DNA of 46,385 bases from Dehalococcoidia bacterium (GCA_038240335.1 JBBSDV010000002.1:1-46385); one strand, 5' to 3'; counted from the stretch's first letter, positions 1-8,560 are shown. The notes: generated from the sequence alone by a model not told the origin. Numbers and translations are program-made.

Positions 1-2
1 AT

Positions 3-92
3 TCGACGCTTATCATTGTGATTGTCGTGGCCGGCGTCATCGCGGTCGTCGCCGCCGCCGCGTTGTATCTGGCGTCACAGCGTCGCCGATGA
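3..92 (+). CDS. 3' end of an upstream membrane-anchored protein (partial)
   Basis: Frame reads STLIIVIVVAGVIAVVAAAALYLASQRRR-stop: hydrophobic helix plus basic tail. Confidence 0.6.
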   Translation, partial: STLIIVIVVAGVIAVVAAAALYLASQRRR

Positions 93-126
93 GGCCGCAC
101 GCTGGCGCGGACCGTAGGAATGAAAG

Positions 127-2547
127 ATGATGATCGGCAGGCGCGGCACGGGTACAGGCGGCCGCATGCATAGACGACGGCTGCCCGCGCTCCTCGCCGC
201 CTTGCTCGTCGTCCTTGCGTGCATCGGTGCGCCCTTCGCGCCCCGCATCGCCTACGCGCATGCCTCGCTGATTCGTGCCAACCCTGCGAACAACGAGACG
301 TTGCGGCGGCCGCCGGCGCGCATCGTCCTCAACTTCAGCGAGGCGATCGAGCAGCGGCTCACGCAGATCCAGGTCGCCGACAACAACAAGAACCGCGTCG
401 ATGACGGACCGATCGCGTTCGACGACCGCGACCCGACGTTTGCCTCTATTGGCGTCAAGACGCTCGCCCCGGGCCTCTACTTCGTCAAGTGGAGCAACGT
501 ATCGACTGTCGATGGCCACCCCTACAACGGGCAGTACCCGTTCATCGTCCTCAATCCCGACGGCACCTTCCCCGCGGGCGTGTCGCTGCAATCGGCCGGC
601 ACCGCATCGACGGGCGGCGGCGGCCTCCTGCCGTACAAGATCGATATCGCCCTCAAGTGGATCGCCCTGCTCTCGCTCGCGATCGTCGCCGGCGCGGCGT
701 TCTTCCTGATCGCCGTTTTGCGCCCCGCCGCTCGCTTTCTCGAGGACGAAGAGTTTCTCCGCACAACCGACGCCTCCGAGCGTTGGGTCGTGAATCTCTC
801 ACACGTGCTCTTGCCCGCGTCGTTCATCGCCGGCGCGTTGCTCGTGCTCTTGACGGTCGATCGATTCGCCACGGACACGAGCTTGTGGGAGTACATCGCC
901 CACCTGCGGCCGGGCCAGTACCGAGCCGGACAACTCGTGTTGCTAGTGATCGCGTTGCTCGGCGCCGACCTTCTGTTCCTCGGCGGCAGCGATCGCAAGC
1001 GGAACGCCGGCATCGCGGTTCTGCTGTTCGCATCCGTTGCCGCTCTCTTCATGTACTCAATGACCAGCCACAGCGCCACGGGTCGCGGCGAATTTTGGGC
1101 CGTGTCTTCCGACTTCGTGCATCTCTTCGCATCGTCGACATGGCTCGGCGCGCTCGTCCTCCTCGTCCCGCTCCTCCGTTGGGCGCGACGCGAACTCGAT
1201 GACACGCAACGGTTCCTCTATCTCGCCAATGCATTCGATCGTTTCTCGATCATCGCCGGCATCAGCGTCATCGCCGTCCTCGCCAGCGGCACGTTCAACG
1301 CGCTCGTCGAGGTGCCGAATGCGAGCGCGATGATCGATACGACGTATGGCAAGGTGCTGCTCGCCAAGATCATCCTCATCCTCCCTCTGCTCGCGATCGC
1401 CGGCCTGAACGCGTTCTACCTCAAGCCGCGCCTCGTCGCCGTCATCGACGGCCTGTACCAGCAGGGCGGCACCGGCACCGAGCAACAGCGCTCGACATGG
1501 ATGCAGCAACTGTCCGCGCTTCAGCGCTGGCTGCCGAAGACGATATTGCTCGAGATCTTCCTCGTGCTCGCCGTGTTCGCCTCCGTCGCCGTGCTGAGTC
1601 AATCATCGACGGCAAAGGGAGAGATCGCGCAGGACAGGGCCTCCAGCGCAGCGCCCGCAAAGTTCGATCAAATTGCAGACGCTAACGGTGTGAAGCTGTC
1701 GCTCGAAGTCTCACCAGACCGCGTCGGTCTCAACCAGTACACGCTGTTGATCCAGAACGCCGACGGCACGCCGCTAGATACCGTCACACAGGCCCGACTG
1801 CGCTTCAGCTTCGACGACGTTCAGAACGCCGTCGCCCCGTCCGAGATCATCTTGAACAAGTTCGCGCCCGGCGACTTCCGCGGCGCCGGGTCGTACTTTA
1901 CGGAACCCGGTAACTGGCGCGCCGACGCCAACGTCCGTCGGTCGAGCGGAGACGACGTCACGCATGCGTTCGTCCTGCCGGTCGCCCGCGCCGCCGCGAC
2001 GCCCACGGCGGGCGGTTCGAGCATCTTTGAGCTGCCGTTCACCGCCTTGAATTGGAATGAGGTTGCCGGCGCGATCCTCGCTCTCCTCGGCGCCGCAATT
2101 CTGATCTACCGTCGGCAGTTGCACATTCTTCGCCCGCCGGCCTACCGCGTCGGCGTCACGATAGCCACGGCGCTACTGCTCGCGGGCGCAGTTCTCGCAT
2201 TCGGCGTCCATTCCGACTCGAAGCCCGTCGATGCCCGCGTCGGCAACCCCGTGCCCTCAAGCCCCGCCTCGATCGATCGCGGCAAGATGCTGTTCCAGCA
2301 GAACTGCGTCACCTGCCACGGCATCGATGGCCGCGGCGACGGGCCCGCATCCGTCAATCTCAGTCCCGCGCCATCGGACTTCCGGCTCCATATCCCCTTG
2401 CATACAGACCCCCAGTTCTACGCCTTCATCGCCGCCGGCTATCCCGGATCGGCAATGCCCTCGTTCAAGGATTCGTTCTCCGACACCGATATCTGGAACC
2501 TCGTCAACTTCCTCCGCTCCGCCTTCACCGAGGCGCCCACGCAGTAA
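127..2547 (+). CDS. CopC-CopD-YtkA/FixH-like-cytochrome c fusion protein (copper handling)
   Basis: Signal peptide ending AYA-HASL; CopC motifs H1 and DGH; multi-TM CopD region (SHSA, DFVHL, TTYGKVLLAK); C-terminal heme motif CVTCH with distal AMP. Confidence 0.85.
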   Translation: MMIGRRGTGTGGRMHRRRLPALLAALLVVLACIGAPFAPRIAYAHASLIRANPANNETLRRPPARIVLNFSEAIEQRLTQIQVADNNKNRVDDGPIAFDDRDPTFASIGVKTLAPGLYFVKWSNVSTVDGHPYNGQYPFIVLNPDGTFPAGVSLQSAGTASTGGGGLLPYKIDIALKWIALLSLAIVAGAAFFLIAVLRPAARFLEDEEFLRTTDASERWVVNLSHVLLPASFIAGALLVLLTVDRFATDTSLWEYIAHLRPGQYRAGQLVLLVIALLGADLLFLGGSDRKRNAGIAVLLFASVAALFMYSMTSHSATGRGEFWAVSSDFVHLFASSTWLGALVLLVPLLRWARRELDDTQRFLYLANAFDRFSIIAGISVIAVLASGTFNALVEVPNASAMIDTTYGKVLLAKIILILPLLAIAGLNAFYLKPRLVAVIDGLYQQGGTGTEQQRSTWMQQLSALQRWLPKTILLEIFLVLAVFASVAVLSQSSTAKGEIAQDRASSAAPAKFDQIADANGVKLSLEVSPDRVGLNQYTLLIQNADGTPLDTVTQARLRFSFDDVQNAVAPSEIILNKFAPGDFRGAGSYFTEPGNWRADANVRRSSGDDVTHAFVLPVARAAATPTAGGSSIFELPFTALNWNEVAGAILALLGAAILIYRRQLHILRPPAYRVGVTIATALLLAGAVLAFGVHSDSKPVDARVGNPVPSSPASIDRGKMLFQQNCVTCHGIDGRGDGPASVNLSPAPSDFRLHIPLHTDPQFYAFIAAGYPGSAMPSFKDSFSDTDIWNLVNFLRSAFTEAPTQ

Positions 2548-2668
2548 CAACCGCGCGCCCCGCTCCGTAACGTCGCGCCGTCCGTCGCCATTTACATCTG
2601 ACGGCGACCAGCCTAGACTTGTGTACTCCGCGCGCACGTGCGCCGGGGACAGCATCGAGGCTCCGATC

Positions 2669-4123
2669 ATGGCCAAGGACACCGAAGTTCAGCGCCGCCT
2701 CGCGATCTCGCGCGTCCCGATTAACAAGCAGGATCCCGCCGTCCGCACGAAGAACTGGGACGAGGTCTTCCTCGGCTTCGATATCGAGGCGGCGAAGATC
2801 GAGGCATCACGCTGCATCCAGTGCCCGACCGCCCCCTGCCAGCAGGCCTGCCCCGTCGGCAACGACATCCCCGGCGCATTCAAGCTGCTCGAGATCGGCG
2901 ACGCGGACGGCGCGGCGAACAAGTTTCGCGAGACCAGCAACCTGCCCGAGCTGTGCGGCCGCCTTTGCCCCCAGGAGCGCCTCTGCGAGGGCGAATGCGT
3001 CGTCGCTTTCGCAATCCGCCCCGACATGCATCAGGAGCCACCGGTATCGATCGGCAAGCTCGAGGCCTTCGTTACCGACTACCAGCGCAAGACCGTCGGC
3101 ATCCCGCTGCCCGTCCTGCCCGCGCCGACCGGCTTTCGCGTCGCCGTCGTCGGCGCCGGCCCCGCCGGCATGGCCGTCGCCGAAGAACTCGCAAAACTCG
3201 GTCACTCGTGCGTCATGTACGACGCCTGGCCAGAGCCCGGTGGCATCCTGCTCTACGGCATTCCCAACTTCAAGCTCAGCAAGGAAGTGCTGCAGGACAA
3301 GCTGCGCTACCTCGACCGCCTCGGCATCGGCTTCGTCGGTAACACATGGATCGGGAAAGACGTCACGATCGACGATCTCTTCGCGCAGGGCTTCCATTCG
3401 GTGTTCGTCGGCACCGGCGCCGGTCTGGGCGGCTCGCTCGCGATTCCTGGGGAGGAGTACACCGGCATCTTCGCCGCGACGGAGTTCCTCGTCCGCGGCA
3501 ACCTGCGCCCGGAGCAGCTGCCCGAGCACATGCGCGAGACCCTCGATCCCGGCGCCAATGTCGTCGTTATCGGCGGCGGCGATACCTCCATGGACTGCGT
3601 GCGCACCGCCGTGCGCCTCGGCTCCCAGCACGTCACCTGCATCTACCGCCGCACCGAGACAGAGATGCTCGGCCGTCAGGAGGAGCGTCAGCACGCCCGC
3701 GACGAGGGAGTCGACTTTCAGTTCCTGACGATCCCCCTGCGCTTCATCGGCAACGCCGAAGGCCACGTCACCGGCGTCGAGTGCCAGCGCATGGCGCTCG
3801 GCGAGCCGGACGAGTCCGGACGGCGCCGCCCCGTACCCGTACCCCACTCCGAGTTCATCATCGACGCCGACACGGTCGCCGTCGCCATCGGCTACAACGC
3901 CGACCCCATCATCAAGGATGCCGCGCCCGGCGTCTCGACGAACAGGTGGAATCTCGTCGAGGTGCATCCCGATACATTCATGACGAGCCGCGCCGGCGTC
4001 TTCGCCGGCGGCGACAACGTCAACGGCGCAGACCTCGTCGTCACCGCCCTCGCCGACGGCCGCCGCGCCGCCCTCGCCATCCACGACTACCTGGACTCCC
4101 TCTCCCCGCCCGATCTCCCCTAG
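2669..4123 (+). CDS. gltD: NAD(P)H-dependent Fe-S flavoprotein, glutamate synthase small subunit/SudA/NfnB family
   Basis: EASRCIQC..PC...CP, CGRLCPQERLCEGEC, GAGPAG, GGGDTSMDC and GVFAGGD motifs; ATG 2669 preceded by GAGG. Confidence 0.8.
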   Translation: MAKDTEVQRRLAISRVPINKQDPAVRTKNWDEVFLGFDIEAAKIEASRCIQCPTAPCQQACPVGNDIPGAFKLLEIGDADGAANKFRETSNLPELCGRLCPQERLCEGECVVAFAIRPDMHQEPPVSIGKLEAFVTDYQRKTVGIPLPVLPAPTGFRVAVVGAGPAGMAVAEELAKLGHSCVMYDAWPEPGGILLYGIPNFKLSKEVLQDKLRYLDRLGIGFVGNTWIGKDVTIDDLFAQGFHSVFVGTGAGLGGSLAIPGEEYTGIFAATEFLVRGNLRPEQLPEHMRETLDPGANVVVIGGGDTSMDCVRTAVRLGSQHVTCIYRRTETEMLGRQEERQHARDEGVDFQFLTIPLRFIGNAEGHVTGVECQRMALGEPDESGRRRPVPVPHSEFIIDADTVAVAIGYNADPIIKDAAPGVSTNRWNLVEVHPDTFMTSRAGVFAGGDNVNGADLVVTALADGRRAALAIHDYLDSLSPPDLP

Positions 4124-4275
4124 CCGCCACGTCTCCGGTCGCCGGGCAATGTGACGTGCCAACCCCAACCTGCCCCCTAATCACCGGATCTCCGGTCGCC
4201 GGGCAGTGACGCGCGAACCCCAATCTGCCCCTAACCGCCAGGTCTCCGATCGCCGGGCAATGTGACGCGCCAACC
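4117..4275. repeat. Three degenerate tandem repeats of about 55 bp
   Basis: Core TCTCCG(G/A)TCGCCGGGCA at 4132, 4189 and 4243; the flanking GTGACG.GC.AACC and CCCCTA also recur. Confidence 0.85.
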
Positions 4276-4282
4276 TGAGGGC

Positions 4283-4434
4283 GGGAGCGCAGAGGGCGCA
4301 GCGCCTCTGCCGGGGGCCTGGGGGTGTCCCCCAGCAACCTCTTTCTTCTTCTCAAAAATTGTGTATCCGCGTACGCGCGAGCGGACACGGCGAATGAGGC
4401 GAGAAGCCGCGGCGACTGCCGGCCGCCGTGAACA
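4283..4434. repeat. Dispersed MITE/REP-like element, copy A
   Basis: Collinear blocks shared with 31612-31783; internal hairpins GCAGAGG..CCTCTGC and GGGGG-TGT-CCCCC. Confidence 0.6.
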
Positions 4435-4467
4435 GGGGTTCCGGGGTGTCCCCCGGATGGAGAGAAT

Positions 4468-4503
4468 GAAATAGCCCGGCCCCTCGAAGGGCCGGGCTAT
4501 TTC
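4468..4503. terminator. Intrinsic terminator-like hairpin, probably bidirectional
   Basis: Perfect 15-bp stem GAAATAGCCCGGCCC-N6-GGGCCGGGCTATTTC. Confidence 0.75.
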
Positions 4504-4552
4504 GACTGTGTTGCCAGGCCTGCTGCCCGGCTTCCGCTCTCGGGAGCGCCTG

Positions 4553-4621
4553 CTAGCAGGATACCCCCGAGGTGTTGCGGTCGTCGTTCGGCAAACAGGC
4601 CTTACAACTATCACTATGCAT
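4553..4621 (-). CDS. Putative 22-aa peptide MHSDSCKACLPNDDRNTSGVSC
   Basis: ATG lies 6 nt after the extended SD GAAAGGAGGTGAT; translation is unproven. Confidence 0.35.
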   Translation of the reverse strand: MHSDSCKACLPNDDRNTSGVSC

Positions 4622-4649
4622 ATCCGCATCACCTCCTTTCCTAGAGATC

Positions 4650-4677
4650 AGCATATCAAGCCCCCAAAAAAGATCAA
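4650..4677 (-). promoter_or_regulatory. Sigma70-type promoter
   Basis: TTGATC-N16-TATGCT with a TGn extended -10. Confidence 0.55.
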
Positions 4678-5020
4678 GCCGCAGAGGACATACTCCCAAT
4701 CGCCACAAACGCCGCCACCCCAACGCGAGCCTCCGCACGGCGTCACCGCGCGTCCTCGATGTTTGTTTGTCAACCACCGTCACAGGAGCTACGCCCGCCC
4801 CCGGGACGAAAGCCCACTCCAGTCAGGCAGCCGTTGACCGAGATAGTGCTTCGAGGAACCAGACGCGTTGACGACTAGCACGATCGCCGCCACGAGGCGC
4901 GTGCCCGGTACCGGTATAGGGCACGATTCGCGGCCAAGGGGGTCAGGCGGGACCAACTTTTTTTTGCTGCATATTGCAAATCGTATTGTTAAAGAGCAAG
5001 AGCCGTTCACACAACCGTAA

Positions 5021-5428
5021 CTACCGCGAGCATCCAGAACCGCCGTTGTCTAACAGCACGACTGGTGGGCCATGAAGACACTCGTTTGTCTCAGCGATGA
5101 TGCCAGAAACCGGCAGAGCTGAGAACCCGGCGAGCAGGAACGCGACTAGTAGGGATATGAGCGGGTTAACGTCGGTCGCACGCGCAGATCCAATACACCC
5201 GCCCACGAGCAAAAGACCGCTAGCCGCAAGGCCAAGCCAGAACAGCACGCTCTCTGCCAGAACGACGCCGTCTGACGGGTGCCGCCCAATCGCCCCAACG
5301 AGCGCATAGAACCCCATGAGCATGATCGCGAGGGCGAATAGCGCGCCCGCGAACGCCACGCATCCTACGATGAACGACAGCAGCAGTTCGCTCACCTTCA
5401 CGCTTCTAAACTCATTCGACTCACTCAC
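5021..5428 (-). CDS. Small 3-TM membrane protein, paralog 3
   Basis: Three hydrophobic segments, NPLIS..LAG, terminal C-x15-CSR; start overlaps the upstream stop. Confidence 0.7.
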   Translation of the reverse strand: MSESNEFRSVKVSELLLSFIVGCVAFAGALFALAIMLMGFYALVGAIGRHPSDGVVLAESVLFWLGLAASGLLLVGGCIGSARATDVNPLISLLVAFLLAGFSALPVSGIIAETNECLHGPPVVLLDNGGSGCSR

Positions 5429-5795
5429 CGTGTGAGCACCTATGTTCCCCTGTGTCGGGGAACGATGCTCGGACCGTGCAGTCGCCGTAAATCGAGACGC
5501 AACTGAAGAGCCACAACGCTGCGAGTCCCGTCAGTACCACCGCGACGGCAAGCGCGATCCACGGATTTGCGCGCAGCCGCTTGGACAACCGTACGGGGCC
5601 AGTGACGAGCACCACCAGCGATACGAGCACAACCGCGACGAAGAGGCCGACCGCGAGGGAACCTCGCACTACCTCGTAGTTGTCCGTGTCGAGCCCCCGG
5701 AAGGAGGCGTAGAACGCGACCAGCAACACCCATGCGAGCACCCCCTCGGCCACAAACGTCGTCACACCGAGCGCGACACTGCGCACTGCGGTCAT
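5421..5795 (-). CDS. Small 3-TM membrane protein, paralog 2
   Basis: NPWIA..LTG, terminal C-x13-CSH; ATG 5795 follows GGTGGAAG. Confidence 0.7.
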   Translation of the reverse strand: MTAVRSVALGVTTFVAEGVLAWVLLVAFYASFRGLDTDNYEVVRGSLAVGLFVAVVLVSLVVLVTGPVRLSKRLRANPWIALAVAVVLTGLAALWLFSCVSIYGDCTVRASFPDTGEHRCSHGE

Positions 5796-5841
5796 TATTC
5801 TTCCACCCGAAGCTCGATTCGTCGTAGTGCATGCGTTCGCG

Positions 5842-6207
5842 CTATCGAGTGCAAGCATCGACGGCGTACGGGATGCTCACGTGAAAATCGCAGCTGTTGA
5901 AGATTGACGTTACGAGAAGGAGAAAGTGCAAACCGGCACCCGCAAGAAGCATGGCGCATGCGAATGCGATCCAAACGTTCATCCTCCAGCGTCGGGCACA
6001 GAACATCGGCACCCCGAATAGTACCGTCGCCCCGCTCACTAATGTGATCGTCAACACGAGACAGGCCGAGACCGTTCGCGCCGCCGTGCCGGATGGTTCC
6101 AGCGCAGAGAGCCCCAGTCGGGATCCAAGCAGCGCCGCGTAGCTCGTTATCGCGGCGAGCGCGAACGTGCCGACCCCAATCGCGATACTCGCGACGTTGC
6201 GTCCCAT
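5842..6207 (-). CDS. Small 3-TM membrane protein, paralog 1
   Basis: NVWIA..LAG, terminal C-x12-CTR; ATG directly follows the upstream TAA. Confidence 0.7.
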   Translation of the reverse strand: MGRNVASIAIGVGTFALAAITSYAALLGSRLGLSALEPSGTAARTVSACLVLTITLVSGATVLFGVPMFCARRWRMNVWIAFACAMLLAGAGLHFLLLVTSIFNSCDFHVSIPYAVDACTR

Positions 6208-6909
6208 TTAACAGGATGTTTTCTTGCCCTGCTTCACCTTCGACCCGTCGCTGAAACGATCACTCGACGTCAACTGCGATGCCAGAGCGTTTGCGCCCTC
6301 GATTACTTCCGCCGCTCGCGCGGCCTGGGCGGTTCCGGCGCTATTGCCGCCGCTGCCCCCAATCAAGACCTTGAACAGCGGAGCCTCGATCTGAATGCTG
6401 CCTTCGTATAGTTCACTCGCGGCCGTGCCACGGATGGCGAAGTGTCGCTTCTTGGCATCCTCGATGATCGGAGTCGAGCACGCCGGCTCGACTGAGACTT
6501 GCACAGGTATCAGACAGGAGCCATGCTCGTTGTCCCCCGGCCGACAGGTTCCGTAGTAGATGTAGAAATGGTCTGTCGCCGGAATACCGTAACTACTCGC
6601 GGCCGTCGTGACGTGTTCACATCCAGTGAGTGGAAGCCCCTCGAAGTCTTCTCCCAGCCATACGAGGGGGTAGTCGTCGAACGACTTCATCAGTTGCTTG
6701 CATTTCACGGGGTCGGTCGCCTGAGATGGCGACGTCGACCCCGCGCCCGTGCCCGGCGTGGGATCTGTAACCGGATCAGCCGTGACCGACGCCGGTGAGA
6801 GGCGAGGATAGACAGCGGATCGGAACGCGAAGCCGAATGCGAGCGCGAACATGCCCACACCCAGAAAGACGATACCGCTTCGAAGGCGATGGGATTTGAA
6901 TCGATGCAC
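6208..6909 (-). CDS. Membrane-anchored or exported Cys-containing hypothetical protein
   Basis: GGAGG then GTG 6909; N-terminal TM, Pro/Thr linker, YPLVWLGEDFEGLPLT domain with 6 Cys. Confidence 0.7.
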   Translation of the reverse strand: MHRFKSHRLRSGIVFLGVGMFALAFGFAFRSAVYPRLSPASVTADPVTDPTPGTGAGSTSPSQATDPVKCKQLMKSFDDYPLVWLGEDFEGLPLTGCEHVTTAASSYGIPATDHFYIYYGTCRPGDNEHGSCLIPVQVSVEPACSTPIIEDAKKRHFAIRGTAASELYEGSIQIEAPLFKVLIGGSGGNSAGTAQAARAAEVIEGANALASQLTSSDRFSDGSKVKQGKKTSC

Positions 6910-6926
6910 GCGACCTCCGTCAGAAC

Positions 6927-7739
6927 CTACTGGATGTGGTTCACCCAGCCGTTGCTGCCCGACATTTCTTCGCTGCACTGGTGCATGCGCCGTATGTTTC
7001 CCCAATTCTCGACGCCGAGGAAGGAATGTCCCCCCACAGTGACGAGCTGATAGTAGAACCAGTCGCGGCCAGCGTCGAAACCACTGAGGTCCGGTCGCAG
7101 TCCCGGCCAACGGTTGCCGAACACCGCCGGGACGGCGTGCCAACACGGCCCCGTCCCCTGTTCTTGGTCATAGTGCGGCGTACAAGTTGCCCACGTTCCG
7201 CCGCGAGGATCGGCGATCGAGGCGACGATGTTGCAGCGGACGTGCCAACGCGATTCAGCGCAAGGAACGACCACATAACAAAACTGCGTTCCATCGTTCG
7301 TCGCGGAGCTTATCTCTCCTGCCACACAGGTCGCTCCGTCCTTAAAGTTTTGGTCGCCCTGCCCGTTCACCGTGATCCCGTTGTCGTTGAAAATCTGCTC
7401 GGCCTGCGCGCCGTTGCGCCGAATGATCATCGTGACCGGATCAATTTCGCCGGCATCATCAACGCAACCCGAGCCATAAGAGAACTGACTTCCGTTGGTT
7501 TGCCAGAATGCCGGCGGTGGAGGAATGGGCGTCGCCGTGGCCGTCGGCACCGCTGTCGCAGCACCACCTCCACCACCACCCCCGCCACCTCCGCCACCAC
7601 CGCAGGCGAAGTCGCTCCCGTCGCCCGTGCGAAGGTTGATGCAGGAGGCGGTGCCCGGCTGCTCCTTGCACTGATAGTCCGCGGCGACGGCAAAAAAAGC
7701 CAGCACCGCCAACCCGGCGACTAGTCCGACCCTTCGCAT
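6927..7739 (-). CDS. Secreted Cys-rich protein with a Gly13/Pro-Thr linker and a possible LssY C-terminal-like domain
   Basis: Signal peptide, 11 Cys, motif order DPV...RWHVR...HYD...H...FDAGRD. Confidence 0.65.
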   Translation of the reverse strand: MRRVGLVAGLAVLAFFAVAADYQCKEQPGTASCINLRTGDGSDFACGGGGGGGGGGGGGAATAVPTATATPIPPPPAFWQTNGSQFSYGSGCVDDAGEIDPVTMIIRRNGAQAEQIFNDNGITVNGQGDQNFKDGATCVAGEISSATNDGTQFCYVVVPCAESRWHVRCNIVASIADPRGGTWATCTPHYDQEQGTGPCWHAVPAVFGNRWPGLRPDLSGFDAGRDWFYYQLVTVGGHSFLGVENWGNIRRMHQCSEEMSGSNGWVNHIQ

Positions 7740-7984
7740 AACACACCCCCGCTTCGCTCCGCCGTCGTTGCTGGGGAGCCGATCCTAGCTTTTTGTTTTT
7801 TGTCCTGTCAAGCCCCCAATTTCGCCGCCCGGGGCGACGAACGCACGCCGCCAGCATGCTCCCCTGCAAGGTCACCAGCGCTGCAGCCTCCACTACCATC
7901 CAGCGTCCGAGCATCCCGCATCCATCGCCCCGCTGCGTCGCCCGACGCTCGGACATCAACCTCCACCCGTGCCATGCTCGCCGC

Positions 7985-8560
7985 ATGAACACACACCGCG
8001 CCCTCGCCGTCTCCGGCCCAAAGACACCCGAAGGAAAGACCCGCAGCAGTCGAAACAGCACCGGCCACGGGCTCCGCGCCAACGTCCTGGTCATGCCCCA
8101 ATTCGAAACCGAAGCCGACTGGGTGGCCTGTTCCGACGGCATCGTCGACAGCCTCGCACCCGATGGCGGCACGGAAGTCGCCCTCGCCGCGCGCGTCGCC
8201 GAACTCCTCTGGCGCCTCCGCCGCATCGCCCGCGCCGAAGTCCAAATGGTCGAGTCCGCTTTCGAGGCCACGCACACCAAGGACGCTCGCCAACGACAAA
8301 CGCGCGTCGACGCCGCCGAACAGCTCGCCGGCAGCTTCTATGGCGGTGGCTTCGAGCAGGAATCCGGAACGTCACCTGCTCCAACCGAACGACGGCTTCT
8401 CCCCGCCGATGGCGATCTCGATCAGCTGATCCGCTATGAAGCACACCTCAATCGCCAGCTCTACCACGCCCTCCACGAACTCGAGGCACTGCAGGCTCGC
8501 CGCAACGGATCGAGCCCCCCGCTCGCTCGTATCCAGGTGCACGGTCTCCCCGGATCATGA
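7985..8560 (+). CDS. Hypothetical protein of the GPKTPEGK...N..HGL type (related to HGGxSTG-domain proteins)
   Basis: SGPKTPEGKTRSSRNSTGHGL, WRLRRI and LIRYEAHLNRQLY motifs. Confidence 0.7.
   Translation: MNTHRALAVSGPKTPEGKTRSSRNSTGHGLRANVLVMPQFETEADWVACSDGIVDSLAPDGGTEVALAARVAELLWRLRRIARAEVQMVESAFEATHTKDARQRQTRVDAAEQLAGSFYGGGFEQESGTSPAPTERRLLPADGDLDQLIRYEAHLNRQLYHALHELEALQARRNGSSPPLARIQVHGLPGS

Larger units (their letters stand above)
4468..4643 (-). ncRNA. Candidate small RNA or sORF transcript with an anti-16S 5' end and a long hairpin
   Basis: Upstream promoter, GAAAGGAGGTGAT at the 5' end, irregular hairpin of about 100 nt, terminator at the 3' end. Confidence 0.55.

Noticed and set aside
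2231-2668. N-terminal extensions in the ORF track (also 7793, 8979, 18147, 36594, 38437)
   Set aside because: They overlap neighbouring genes or regulatory RNA, and better starts exist downstream.
2807-4168. Long antisense or alternate-frame ORFs (also 11656-12996, 13249-14715, 39781-40968 and others)
   Set aside because: Shadow ORFs of high-GC genes, without motifs or start signals.
4117-4275. CRISPR array
   Set aside because: The would-be spacers resemble each other, the repeats are degenerate and there are no cas genes.
4504-4612. SRP or 6S RNA
   Set aside because: Lacks the SRP CAGG-GNRA-AGCA motif and is short for 6S; not formally excluded without Infernal.
4553-4621. RiPP precursor
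   Set aside because: No modifying enzymes nearby and no recognisable leader.
4625-4643. 16S rRNA 3' fragment
   Set aside because: Only ATCACCTCCTTTC matches and no helix 44/45 sequence precedes it; better read as a minus-strand SD-like element.
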